64,000 nt of DNA from Lama guanicoe (lineage: Eukaryota). A model generated the notes under the pieces. The model did not search any database, was not told the DNA's origin, and worked only from the letters and a program-made list of their open reading frames with translations. The stretch lies in the NCBI GenBank assembly GCA_013239625.1, contig MU053754.1:248001-312000 (forward strand), in the 5' to 3' direction. This document shows, in pieces, positions 12,401-25,323 of this stretch; positions within the stretch are counted from its first letter, which is position 1, and every line of letters starts with the position of its first letter. The translations under genes and the position numbers were made by a program.

Positions 12401-14469
12401 CCCCCCTCCCCTTTTCTCTGTCCACTGCATAGGATGCTGGTTCAGTGCCTGGGACATAAGTGCAGAGATTCCGTCCCTAAAGAAAGTAAATGTGACTGCA
12501 TCTAAATGATACCCCTCTGCATTCAAAGGACATCATAAATGCAACCAGCAAACATGCAGGTGGGTGATATATAGTTGCAACAGATACAAGTGACTAAGGA
12601 TTTGTATCTGAGATCTGTAAGGAATTGCTCCACTTCAATATGAAAGACCAGCCACCCTGTCTAAAAGTGGGGAGAGGGGACAGACCGATTTGTAGAGAAG
12701 AATGAGCCTGATGAGTACTTACCAAAATGTAAATTCACATAATAATGCGCTGTCACATTACTGCCACTATAAAACACGGCGGGAAAGCTACACACCAACC
12801 TTACAAACTTGGTTATCTCTAGGAAGAAAACAGAGGCACTGAGCAGAAGGAAAAGAGACCAGAGTGGGTGCCAGCTGTATCTGCAGCATTAAGAAATAAG
12901 AATGGAAAGGGGGTGGGGGGGTGGCAGTAAGGAAATCAGGAAAAACTGCTCAGGTGATTGTAAAGGTGCTCTTACATCATACGACTTTGTACTTTGTCTT
13001 CTGCCTCTTCCTACATTAAAAAGAGAAAGAGACTTTGCAGAATGAAATCATATGTTTATTAAGGTTGTTTCCCGTCAAACATGCCAAGAGGTGTGTTTAA
13101 CAAATACCGTGTGATTTGAACCTACCTTAAAGGGTAATTTTCTGTAAACATAGAGATAGCTGAGGAAATGACTACTTTCAAGCCTAGTTGAATATTTCCA
13201 TAAAAGCTAACATTACCTCTGTATTGACGGAAGTAAATTCTGTGGTATTCGGGGGGCTTGCCTTTGCTGCCAGAGCTCTGTAATGCAGCCGTGTGAATCT
13301 CACCATGCAAAAACGTTGAAAGTGAGGCAGAAAACATTCCTTCACAAAACTTGCTACAGTTCTTCTCAGAGGCAAGGTGTTTGGACAGAATGTTTCATCT
13401 TCCTTGGGCCATGATTATTTGTGAGGAACAACTTTGAATGATTTGAACTGTGCTTATCCATAAGGTATGTACAGAGGTGCCCAGCTCACCTGGACTCTGT
13501 CTGGTGTCCAGGCTAATACTCTGTGTACCAAGAAGTACCTGTAATGCTCATAGCAACGGCCTAAACCCCAGTGAGGAATTTGGAGGGTTTAGGTGTGATG
13601 ATTCCCACGGAAATGAAAGAAAATATAGGCAGACGTGGAAAATGGTCTCGGTGAACAGCTTTGAAACTAGCTACCTCTGTTAATAGAAACCTCCTTGCAG
13701 AGACAAAAACCTGAAGATGATGCCCCTAGTTTAAGATTCTGTTTTTAAACATCCAAGTATACCATGGCATCTCTTTTGTAGGCAGTGTTTTTAATTATTA
13801 TCCACCCAGGGAACCAAAACCAATTTTCCTAAAGAAGAAGAGAAATAGTATTGTTTTAAGAAAAGCTGTTTCATCTATCTTGGAAGGAAGGAAATTAATT
13901 TGCGCCCCCCTCCCCATTACTTCTTGCTTCATTGGGCTTCCCGGGGGCACCCTGCATTGACGGTCTGCTACGCTCTACAATAATGCTGTTCTTCTAGAGC
14001 ACTGCCCTGCTGTCTGGCTGCATTTTGGCGACTGCTTATGTTTATTTATGAGTCTTGCTTGGGAAAAGACTTGTGAAGTCTGGCTGGGAGTCCTCAGATG
14101 TATGTTTCCTCTTTCCCCGGGGTGGGCATTCCCAGGAGTGGCCAGAATGTACCAGCCTCCGGCATGAATTAACAGCACGGCATGTCATTGATAAGCAGAC
14201 TGGATGCTCCCCCAACATTTCATATTCGAGGGCAGCATGGGAAGAGGGGCATTGGGAAGTCTCCAGGTGCCCTGAACCCACTGGATTGAAGCAACCTTGA
14301 GAAGCAAGTCTTTGGCTGTTCTCGCAGAGGAGGGGTAATTATCGGGGGTAGAGCCGCATTACTTGTCCCCTGGAGAGAGGATGAGGACACTAGGCAGTGC
14401 CGGTAGTTACTCTCTCTGTAACTGAGGTTTTTGCTTCCTGAGACTAGCTTTCTTGCTTAGGTGAAGGGC

Positions 14470-15071
14470 TACATCCATTGGGGTTCTCCAAAACAATAGG
14501 AGGTGTATGCATATATATTATCCACAAACACACACACAGAGACACGCATCTATTACTTTATATATATGCACACACATATATATGAGAGAGAGATTTATTT
14601 TAAGGAATTGGTTCATGTAGTTGCAGGACTTGCCAAGTTCAAATTCCAAAGGATAGGATGGCTGGCTGGAGACTCAGGCAGGAGTTGATGTTACAGTCTG
14701 AGTCTCCTTGAGTCTAAGTTCTGTCTTCAGGGCTGACGCTCAGGCTGGAAACTCACATAGGGAATTGGTGTTGTGTTCTTGAGTCTGAAATCTGTTGGGC
14801 AGGCTGGAAAATCAGGCAGGATTTCTATGTTACAGTCTTAAGACAGAATTCCTTCTTCTCCAGGAACCTTCAGTTTTGAGCAGGTATAGCCTTCAGCAGA
14901 TTGGATAAGGTCCACTCATATTAAGGAGGGTAGTCTTGTTTGCCTAAAGTCAACTGATGGTAGATGTCAACACATCTTCAAAGATCCTTCTTAGCAACCT
15001 CTAGGCTAATGTTTGACCAGCCAGCCAGGTACCATAATATAGCCAAGTTGGCATAAAATCTGACCTTCACA
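14470..15071 (-). mobile_element. MLT2-like (ERVL) solo LTR
   Basis: gagagagatttattttaaggaattggttcatg at one end and ctaggctaatgtttgaccag...agccaagttggcataaaatctgaccttcaca at the other. Confidence 0.85.
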
Positions 15072-15189
15072 AGAAGCCATGGCATCATAAAAACAAGCAT
15101 TTCCAAAAAGGCAGCTCTTGAACAGGAGCCAAATCAATTTTTTTCCTCTCTCTCGCCTCTCTTTTTTTCTTTCTATGTTTCTATTCATT

Positions 15190-15489
15190 CTTTTTTTGTT
15201 TTTGTTTTTAACAGTTACAGTGTGTCAATTTCTGGTGTAGAGCACAATGTCCCAGTCATGCATGTACATACATATATTCATTTTCATATGTATCATTAAA
15301 GTTTATTAAAAGATACTGAATCTAGTTCCCTATGTTATAGAAAAAAACCTTTTTTTTAGCCTACTTTTATATGTAGTGGCTAACATTTACAAATCTCAAA
15401 CTCCCAAATTTATCCCTTCCCACCCCCTTTCCCCGGTAACCATAGGATTGTTCACTGTGTCTGTGAGTCTGTTTCTATTTTGTGGATGA
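15190..15489 (-). mobile_element. L1 3' end fragment (lineage-type)
   Basis: T-rich tail followed by tgtgtcaatttctggtgtagagcacaatg and ccccggtaaccatagg...ctgtgagtctgtttctattttgt. Confidence 0.85.
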
Positions 15490-15695
15490 AAACCACTTCT
15501 TCTTGAACCGAGCAGGGCATGAACTTCTGTTCATCGGCAGGTCAGTTCAAATGTCTGCTCTTGTAGCCGCCTGACTCTGAACACACGTCACCTGTAGCAT
15601 CCGCAGCTGGCAGCACTTGTGAAATGTAGGTGATCAAATACCTCCAGATAAATATTGGAGAGTCTCCTAGGAGTGATAGTCTGTCCCTGACATTT

Positions 15696-15835
15696 AAAAA
15701 AAAAGTTTTTTTTTTTCCAGGGGAGAGGTAATTAGATTTATTTATTTGGTTTTTCAGTGGAGGTACATGGGGATGGAACCCAGGACCTCACGCCTGCTAA
15801 GCATGTGCTCTGCCACTTGAGCTTTACCCTCCCCC
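15696..15835 (-). mobile_element. Vic-1-like tRNA-derived SINE
   Basis: Antisense tRNA-like head and a gaggtaattagatttatt tail. 15-bp TSD ctgtccctgacattt (15681) and ctgttcctgacattt (15836). Confidence 0.9.
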
Positions 15836-16559
15836 CTGTTCCTGACATTTGAATTGAGCTACTTTAAATGCTGTAAGAAAAGGGAATTAGCTATGGGATC
15901 GGCTTTTAATTAGAGACCAGGCATCCATACAGTACTGGGTATCCGTGAGATACTTAACTTTTGTTCAATCTCTCAGTGAATGACCAGCGGTTGAACAGGT
16001 GCAAGAAGACCCAGCAGGAGAGGAGAGCCTTTTAGGATTCTTCTTGTTCCTGAGGTCTGGGAGGGAGGTCTTGGTGGGCTGGGTAGCAGCTGTCCTTCAG
16101 TGTCCAGTTGTGAGTCAGCACGGCAAGGAACGGAGAATTCTCTACCGAATGGCTGTCAGAAATGCCTTCCGTCCAGGCAGCGCGTGGTGCCTCAGTTTGG
16201 TCTATCTGCTCCCTGTGCTGTCAGTTCAGACAGCTCGCGAAGTTTGCTTTGTTGTTGTTGTTGGCTTTCAGCTGGTGTTGCCTGAATACACGTGTCAGGA
16301 GGGGCACCCCACACGACCCAGTGTGGTCTGGCCACGGAGCAGGACCCTGCTTTGCTGTTCCTCAGGGTGCATGTTTATCCTTTCTGTTTCTGTAATAAGC
16401 CAAAGCCAGGCACGTCTGTATTCTGTCAGTAGGCGGTGAATTAAGTCCCTCGGTGGGCAGGTAGAGGGTGCTGAGCATACAGTGCTCACTGAGGAGGGAA
16501 TCTAAAGAAATTCAGGGTCTCCGGGCTGGTTTCTTAGCCTGTATGTCTCAGTTGCAAAC

Positions 16560-16870
16560 CCACCGTCTCTGTTCTCCATGGGGATGACGGCACCTTTCTT
16601 GTCAGCTGGCTTCCTATTCGGTGCCACCCATGGGGGCACCAGAAGGTGCAGGAAGGCAGCAGGAGGGGAGAGAGGATTTACTCTCTCCTGTTGTCCCCTC
16701 TTGCTGTCTGCATCACCGCAGCCATGGTTCTTGACTGGGTGGGCTCTGGTTCCGTGTTTCCCCTTACACACTGAGTGACTTCCCGGTGCAGTTTTCCAGC
16801 CCCAGTCTCCTTGCTCTATCCCATAATGGGAGCCCCGGACCACTCTGGTAAGCTCTGCCTGAGCCCACAT
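16560..16870. mobile_element. LTR33/LTR41-like ancient ERVL LTR fragment
   Basis: cagctggcttcctattcggtgccacccatgggggcaccagaagg...ggaggggagagagg resembles this LTR group. Confidence 0.45.
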
Positions 16871-17552
16871 CCTAGAAGAGCTAAGTCGGGTTGTATACGA
16901 CTGTGTTTACATTTTGTGTGGTGACGTCTACATGTTATGACGTAACCACCTGGAATTTTTCATAATTTCCTAGACATTCATCTTAAGTATCTACTTGGGG
17001 AAAATGAACAGGGTATCTTTCTTTTTAGCTTCCAGCGTTCCTAAAACTGCTTGATCAGTATTTGCTGAGGGCACAGGATAATCTGTTATCTTAGGAAGTT
17101 TCTTTGTAAATGTTAGCTTTCAGAAACTGAAATATTCATTCAATCCTCACATAACTAGAAACCCTGTCCTTTACCACCCACCCCTCCAGCCCCATCCATT
17201 TGTATCATCACTGAAAGCAGCTTAGCAAACATCAAAGTTCAATGCTGATTTTAATGGAAAGCCGGTCGGCTAATCACCGTAGTTTACAATCAGCACATTG
17301 CCGTTCGGAACCAGGACTGGTGAAGGGGGCTTCAGACATTTCACATCAGCTCCCGACATTTCTGTCTGGCTTAGAAACACTTCATAAAAATAGAGCAGCT
17401 GCGTGAGTAGTCCATTTATTGTGTTTGATGAAAACACTCCCATTTACGTTTTTAGGTCGACACACAAGACATTCATTCTACCTATGACTTACACGTTTTC
17501 GATTGAAAGCAAACAAAACAGTGCAAATTCTTGATGTTAAGAAACTATGCTT

Positions 17553-18609
17553 AAATTAAAATTTTTTAAAATTGTGGTAAAATATACGTAACATATTTAA
17601 TGCACCATCCTAGCCATTTAAAAATCTACAGTTCACTACTGTTAAGTATATTCACGTGATTGTGCTGCCAAGCTCTAGAACTTCGTTCAGTTTGCAAAAC
17701 TGAAATTCTGTATTCATTATGTAACAATTCCCCACACTCCTCTCCCCCCAGCCTCTGGCAGCCACCATTCTGTTTTCTTTCTCTGTGAATGGACTACTCT
17801 AGATAGCTCACATCAGTGGACTTATACAGTATTTCTTTCATGACTGGCTTATCTCACTAGTATCAGGTCCTCATAGTTCATGCATATTGTAGCAGATTTC
17901 AGAATTCCCTTCCTTTTTAAGGCTTGTAATATTCCATGGTGTGTGTAGACCACATGCATCTGTTGATAAGACACTTGGGTTGCTTTCATCTATTGGCTAT
18001 TGTGAAAACCACTGCTCTGAACATGTATATACAAATGTCTCTTCGAGACCCTGCTTTCAGTTCTTTTGCGTATATACCCAGAAGGAGAATTGCCAGATCG
18101 TATGGTAATGCTACTTTGAATTTTTTTTTGTAGAATCCCTGTAATATTTTCCATAGTGGCCACACTATTTACATTATCCCCCCAACAGTGCACAAGGGTT
18201 CTAATTTGTCCACCTCCTTGTCAGCGTTTGTTACTTTCTATTTTTTGATAGTCGCCGTCCTAATGGGTATGAGGTGGGATCACACTGTGGTTTCAATTTT
18301 CATTTCCCTGCTGATTAGTGATGTGGAGTCTCTGTTCATGTGCTTGTCGGCCATTTGTATATCCTTTTTGGAGAAATACATATATTCAGGTACTTTGCTC
18401 ATATTTTAATTGAGTTCTTTGTGTTTGTTGTTGTTGAGCTGTAGGAGTTCTTTATTTATGCTGGATATTAACCCCTTGTCAGGTATCAGATTTGCCATTA
18501 TTTCCTCCCATTTTGTAGGTTGCATTTCACTCTATTGATTGTGTCCTAAGATGCTCGGTTTTTAATTTTGATGTAATTCCATTTATCTATTTTTACTTGT
18601 ATTGCCCGC
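17553..18609 (-). mobile_element. 5'-truncated L1 (L1MA/L1MB-type)
   Basis: 3' end ttttttaaaattgtggtaaaatatac and antisense ORF2 text tatacccagaaggagaattgccagatcgtatggtaat. Approximate TSD aagaaactatgctt / aagaaactacttt. Confidence 0.9.
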
Positions 18610-19999
18610 AAGAAACTACTTTAAATAAATCAAAAATATTTCAGAATGTACCCATTAGCCTACCTCTCGCCAACATTATTAGTCGAATTATGACGAGAAG
18701 TCTAACCACTGATTTGAGTGCATAAGCCATTACAGTCTTACTCCTAATGGATGGGCATTGTGAGTACTGATGTTCCCATGTCCCCAAACTGGATTCAGAA
18801 GATACCCAATAAATCACATGTTTCTAGTCTCTTGTGTCGAGCAAACAAGACATTTTTGTGGCTGATTCAGCTCAGGCAACGTTACATTGCCCAATTGGAT
18901 CTAACACCTGTGTATAGGAAAAACCGTAAGCCATGTGCCCTGCACTTTTGTGTGCCACAGTTTCAGTTTAAAAATAAAACTCCTTTTACTCTGGGTCAAG
19001 TTCTTACAATAAGCAAGAAAACTAAATCAGCCATCCCTCACCCTAAATCAAAGTAGCAGAGATGATTAAGGTAATGACTTTTAAAGCGAATATCACTCTA
19101 TCATAGTACATAACCGTGCCAGAAGGTCCATTTGGAAGTGGCCCAGATGAAATAGGCAATAAAGCCAGAAATTATAATTCAGAGGGTCTCAGTGAAAACC
19201 CTCGGGTGTCATTTAGGCAAGTGGCTCTGGATTCGTAGCTGGAATACAAATGTCTCTTTGCGCCCCTTAGCCTTCAGCCAGAGTTTTGTCTCTGATGGGT
19301 CTGGTGTCACCTCTGGAAAACTCTGTGGCTACAAAAGCTCCAATTGGAGCCTTTGAGCTTGTTTATGGAAGGATGCTTGCTGAGGTATTTTGTATTTTGA
19401 ATTGCTCTTTCTATCTGGGGTCTGCAGAAATTTATTGAAAAATCTAGTTTTTAGCTACTGGATAAAATTATTTCCATACTGTCTATTCCTAATTAATTTG
19501 CCAGCCCTTACTAATTTTCCATAAGAAACCAGTTGCCCCAGTCCTTCCTAGACCGGGACCATGAACTTTGTGTCGTAGTCTCTTCATCTGTAGATTGCTT
19601 CTTTCTTGTGTCAGTTCATTAGGATCTGTGTCTGTTCTGTCCCTTGCGGTTCCAGGTGACCTGTCAGTCCAGTAGGTAAGTGAATGGGTATGATTGCGCT
19701 TCCACAATGCTTTATTTCCTAAAGCAGGTGGTGACAGGATTTGGCCCCTGGATCACAGTGTATAGATTCCTCCTCTAAAATTATCGATGTATTTCTCTGT
19801 TTGTATCCAATGAATGATTTAAAGGATTTAAAATCCAGGTTTCATGACCTATCTCTGGTGCAGAGATTCAAAGAGGGCTACTCAGGCATGCATATATGTC
19901 TCCTTTTTCTAATGGAGTTTTATGCTTTCTGAGGGTACAGATGGCATTTTACTGTTCCTTGTACCCTTTTCAGGGACAAGCACAGTTCCTTAGAGGCGG

Positions 20000-20370
20000 T
20001 TGGGGTGGTGGAGGCGGGGCATCCTCCCTAGACACTCCTGCAGGACGGAGGTGTCTCTTCCCCCACCTTCTGAGAGTGTTGTGTTGACAGATCTCAGCTG
20101 AATCTCTTCCAGAATCGATCTCATTTGAAGACAGCTGCTTCACGCAGGGTAGTGCCCCCACTCAACTGGCAGCCTGCCTTTAATACCTGGTCCTAGCAGG
20201 GGCGTAAATGCTGATCCTCCACCTCACTTCACGGTTCGGTCACCTTCAGAGCCCGTCCCAGTCCCAGAGACCTCCGTCAGATCAGCTGAGGTCTTTGATG
20301 ATGATTTTTGTGTCAACATCTTTCTCTGCCTGACCCTATGTCCTTCATGTCAAGAGTGCTCCTTAATTGG
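20000..20370 (+). mobile_element. LTR16-like ancient ERVL LTR fragment
   Basis: gacagctgcttcacgcagggtagtgcccc, atcagctgaggtctttg and tttctctgcctgaccctatgtccttc...caagagtgctccttaat. Confidence 0.6.
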
Positions 20371-20482
20371 GGGATTTGAGTATGAATTTTGGTGGGACAG
20401 GTCATTGAGGGGAACAGACAAGAAGTGGTACGGAGGAGAGAGGTCAGGCAGTGTCATAGTGGGAGGGGGCATTCCCACAAAT

Positions 20483-20840
20483 TGACATAGGAGGAGGGGA
20501 CAGGAAGTGACATAGAAGTAAGGAGAGGGGACAGGAAGTGAAATAGAGGTAGGGGAGGGGACAGGGAGTGACACAGAAGTAGAGGAGGGGACAGGAAGTG
20601 ACATAGAACTAGGGAGAGGGGACAGAAAGTGAACAGAAGTAAGGAGAGAGGACAGGAAGTGACAGAAGGAGGGGGACGAAGTGACATAGAAGTAGGGGAG
20701 GGGACAGGGAGTGACACAGAAGTAGAAAGAGGGGATAGGAAGTGACAGAATTAGGGAGGGGGACAGAAAGTGACAGAAGTAGGGAGGGGACAGGAAAGGA
20801 CATAGAAGTAGAGAGAGGGGACAGGAAGTGGCAGAAGGAG
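20483..20840. repeat. Purine-rich minisatellite, about 12 units of about 30 bp
   Basis: Approximate consensus GGGGACAGGAAGTGACATAGAAGTAGGGGAG, with unit starts at 20500, 20531, 20561, 20591, 20622, 20652 and onward. Confidence 0.95.
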
Positions 20841-21301
20841 AGGCAGGGCCATGGAGGGAGGTACGGGATCAGAGAGGGAAGGTGGGGTTAGGGTAAAAGG
20901 TAACAAAATTACAGTGATTTTAAAGGGTTACCCTTTGGATGATTATAAAACATTTTAATGGAAAGGTCTATATTTATACCATCAGAATTTAAAAAAAAAT
21001 ATGTGTTTGGCCATGAGAGTTAATATACCTTGATCACCATTATTAAAAGGTACAAGTGCAGCCAGCAGACATTTGCCAGCATTTTAAGAGTAAATCATGA
21101 GAAGTACTAAATTACATCCTTATGTCCAAAAGTGCCCATTGGTGTAAAAAGGTAGCAATTATCTGCTATAGCACCATACTCACTCATGATATTTTTGCCA
21201 TGAATTTGGAATACTGCACAGAAATGCATTAGAAACTAACTTCAGAGGCATTAAATTCTCAGCTGGACAGTACTGGCCTTTTTAAAAAAAATTCTACAAT
21301 G

Positions 21302-22474
21302 AAAAATAAACAAATGGGACCTAATCAAACTTACAAGCTTTTGCATAGCAGAAGAAACCATCAACAAAATGAAAAGACAACCTATGGAATGGGAGAAATT
21401 ATTTGTAAACTGTAAGACTGACAAGAAATTAATTTCCAGAATATTCAAAAAGCTCATACAGTTCAATATCCAAAAACAAAGAACCCAGTCAAAAAATGGG
21501 CAGAAGACCTAAACAGACATTTCTCCAAAGAAGACATACCAGTGGCCAATAAGCACATGAAAAGATAATTGGAAAAAAAATCAGCATTGCTAATTAGAGA
21601 AGTGCAAATCAAAACTACAATGAAGTATCACCTTGCACCAGTCAGAATGGCCATCATCAAAAAGTCTACAGATAACAAATGCTGGGAGAGTATGGGAAAA
21701 GGGGATCCCTCCTGAACTGCTGGTGGGAATGTAAATTGGTGTAGCCACTATGGAAAACAGTATGGAATTTCCTTAAAAAACTAAAAGTAGAGTTATCATA
21801 TGGTCCAGCAATCCAACTCCTAAGCATTTATCCAGAGAAAACTCTAATTTGCAAAAATACATAAACCCCAGTGTTCATAGCAGCCCTATTTACAGTAGGC
21901 AAGCCACGGAAGCAACCTAAATGTCTTTCGACAGATAAATGGAGAAAGAAGTGGTGTACACACACACACACACGCACAGTGGAATACTACTCAGCCATAA
22001 AAAAGAATGAAATGCCATTTCCAGCAACATGTATTGACCTAGATATGGTCATACTAAGTGAAGTAAATCAGACAGAGAAAGACAAGTACCATATGGTTGC
22101 ACTTATGTGGAATCTAAAATAGGATACAAGTGAAGTTATTTGTAAAATAGAAATAGACTCACAGACATAGGAAACAAACTTATGGTTGCCCAAGAGGAAG
22201 AGCAGCAGGGACAAATCAGGAGTTTGGGATTAGCAGATGCAAACTACTATATATAAAACAGATAAACACCAAGGACCTACTGTAGAGCACAGGGAACTAT
22301 GTTCAATATCTTGTAATAACCTATAAGAAAAAAATCTGAAAAATAATATATATATATATATATATATGGAACTTGAGTTACTTTGCTGTACACCAGAAAG
22401 TGACACAACCTTTTAAATCAATTTGTGTACTTCAATCAGTAAAATTAAACAAACAAACAAATAAATAAATAAAT
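21302..22474 (+). mobile_element. 5'-truncated L1 with ORF2 C-terminal remnant, 3' UTR and A-rich tail
   Basis: ORF 21871..22122 (MFIAALFT...EYYSAIKKNE...ILSEVNQ) is the L1 ORF2p C-terminus. Tail is (AAAC)n(AAAT)n. 14-bp TSD aaaattctacaatg (21288) and aaaattctgcaatg (22475). Confidence 0.95.
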
Positions 22475-24917
22475 AAAATTCTGCAATGCTTATTCTTTCT
22501 TGAGAACTCAGATGTTGACAATAAATATTTAATAAACCTCTGTTTATTGATTAAACAGATTCAGCTGTGGTCTAGACTCCAGTTCCCAGTGGTGCCAGTG
22601 GCCATTTTTACTACTCTCGCCAGAATGTGTAAGACACACTTCAGAACTGATTTATAGAAGCTCACTCTTGTAAAAAAATTGTATTGCGTGACGTTCATGC
22701 ATAATCCATGTTAATGTTTAATCAGTTGAGTATGATTATTTCTGTTTGGAAATAGGATTGTTTCCAAAGCCTGAGAGCCCTTTCCCAATTGAAAGAGTTT
22801 CTAGAAAAGTTGAGGATTTGTGATGGTCTTCATAGCAACCAGAAGCCACATTTACTTGCTTTCAACTGCAAACATGTAGAAAGAACAGTTTTGTGGAGCT
22901 GGACTTTTCAAAGTAACTGTATTTAATCTGTGAGCATCCAGGGATTGAATCAATGGCTCTTGTGATTTATATTCCTGCTCTGGTAACAGAATGTCTCCGT
23001 ATCCCTTGAAACTGCCTGCACTACATCTTAACACTAGTGGGTCTGTTTCATGGCTGGAGGAGATTTGAAAAGTGGGGTCATTTAAGAATTTCAGTGTCGG
23101 GCTCCGTCGTATCTAAATTTAGTAGTTTACCAGAGCCTCCTCTCCTTGCTCAGAATCCGTAATGGTCTTCTCTCCGTGGGCAATTCCATAAAAACAGCAC
23201 TTGGGCTGATAGAAAATACATCTAACAGCAAAAGTAGTTTGCAAGAAATCACAAACATCGTTTGCAACTAACAGGAAGAGGCAAGGCAGGGGCAGTTTTC
23301 CACGCTGCACAGCTCCCAAGGATGTGTGTGTATGCCTTTGTTACAGAGATTCAAAATCTGGACATATTTCTAATTGTCAGCCGTTCATCTTTGGACACTT
23401 TTTAAGCCTCTTTAATTTTTTAGGCATCATTTTAGCTCCCTTAATAGAACTGTCATGTGTGAATTCTTCTAGTACTCATTTGAAGCTTTTTTTTTTTTTA
23501 AATATTTGCAGTTGGCCTCTGGTCTTCTAGGTCATGATTTCCGCACATGGGGTCCTTGCTAACCTGCTTTGTTTTGTTAAATTATCCTTCCTCTGTTTAT
23601 CCTAAATTTTCTTCTTTCTAGTTGTGAGGGGAAGAGCGTCAGTGTGGCATACTGGGATTTGGCGACCAAGTCTGTGTTCATCTCAGTTCTACCTTTTATG
23701 AGTTTATGGACCTCAGTCATCTGCCCTGCCAGCTCTGGCTTTCACAGATGGAATCACAGTAATTCTTTAAGGCTTTCTGCATAGAGCAGCAGCCCTGGAC
23801 TTCTACTCGTTCTGGCTTCCCTTCCCTGGACCTTTTCCTGCTCTGTTATGACTCTATTGAAAAGCAGAGCTATAAGCAGGCACAGTGTTCTTACTACAGT
23901 GGGGTTTTTTTAACATTAAAAAAAATTCATAATGTCCAAGTTTTTCCTGGGAGAGGGGTGGGATCATCTCCCTCCCAGGCAGCAGGAACATGAAGGAGAT
24001 TCATGGAAGCATTTTAGGAGCCAGTCTCAGAGTGTCACACATCACTTCTGCTTAAAAATGATTGGCTAGAAGGTTGTCAAACCTACACATTTATATGTGT
24101 TTCCTATCAACTTTGTGGGGAACTTTCTCAGAGTTTTTAATATTTCGCCAATGCTTTATCAAGTTGCAGTATGGTCAATGCTCAGAAGGTGTGAGGGACG
24201 AGCCTTCAAACACATGAATTTATGTGGAACAGGGTCTTGAGGGCTGGGAAGAATCTGAGGCTTTATACCAGGGTCGTCTATGCCTCCATAAAAAATGGAC
24301 TGAAATTCCACCTGTGTGTTCTTGAGAGTCAGCTGGTGCTATAGAAAACACATTCAGCAGAAGAGAGGAAACCTTGTTCATCTGGATACCCTTCGCAGGG
24401 AGCGGATGTTTTGGACTTTCCCAGAGGGTCAGGACCATTCCAATAGCTAGATTTGCTGAATTCATTTGAGTATGCCAAACTGCTGTAACACCAGTCAAAC
24501 AGAAACGATTAAAGGTTCCTGTAGTCCGACAGAAGTTGTCTTCTCGCTAGCGGTCCAAGGTGGGTGCACCGAGTGAGCAGGCTTGGATGGAAGGGGATTG
24601 TCTGCTCCAAGCAGTCTTTGAGGGATCTGTCTTCGATTTTCGGTGTCCAGGGTTTTACTGCAAGGTCACCCCTCCCCCAGCAGCAGAAAGGGGGAAAACA
24701 TGACCGAGACTCACAGGTGATGTTTCTGAGCCAGGCTTGGAAGGGGCACACTTCTGCTGGCCAGCCACCGGGTAGGACGTCGTGAGGTGGCAGCACCCAG
24801 CTGAGAACAGGCCCCGAGGAAGTGCCGTTTGGTGCATTGCCAAAGAAGAGGCCAGATGAAGAAGGGAAAGAGGATTTGGTGAACAGCTGGCAGCCTTCAT
24901 CACGCCCTCATTGTAGA

Positions 24918-25095
24918 GAGGAGGGTTATAGCTCAGTGGTAGATCGTGTGCTTAGCATGCTCGAAGTCCTGGGTTCAATCCCCAGCACCTCCATTAAAAA
25001 ATAAGTACATAGTAAATAAATCTAGTTACCTCCAGAAAAACCCAACAGATTTTTTAAAAGATTAAAAGGAACTGAAAAAAATTTAAAACAGAAAA
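24918..25095 (+). mobile_element. Vic-1-like tRNA-derived SINE
   Basis: A box TAGCTCAGTGG (24929), B box GGTTCAATCCC (24972) and an A-rich tail. Degenerate TSD acgccctcattgtaga / acaccttctttgtaga. Confidence 0.9.
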
Positions 25096-25323
25096 ACACC
25101 TTCTTTGTAGACTTTGTAGACCCTTTAGCATGGAAATGGAAAAAGAAAACTCCCATTTGGGAGGATCTGAGTGAAATCCAGGGTGATAGTGGAACAAGCT
25201 GAAGGTCGGTGCCCAGGAAAACACGAGGATGTGGAAGTAAGTACCACCTCTTCTTGTTCGTGCCAGTATCAGGCAGCTCCGTTGTCCAAGGAGAGAGTGA
25301 GGGGCAGGCCAAAAATTCAGATA

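Noticed and set aside
20483..20840. Regularly spaced ~30-bp repeats resembling a CRISPR array, and Pro/Ser-rich ORFs on the minus strand
   Set aside because: The units are contiguous with no unique spacers, there are no cas genes, and the context is mammalian. The ORFs are by-products of the repeat.
21871..22122. ORF with real protein similarity (L1 ORF2p C-terminus)
   Set aside because: It is part of a 5'-truncated, frameshifted L1 and not a functional CDS.
24918..24995. tRNA-like sequence with A and B boxes (also at ~9020, ~15760 and ~58870)
   Set aside because: Each has the shared SINE tail and a TSD, so these are tRNA-derived SINEs and not tRNA genes.
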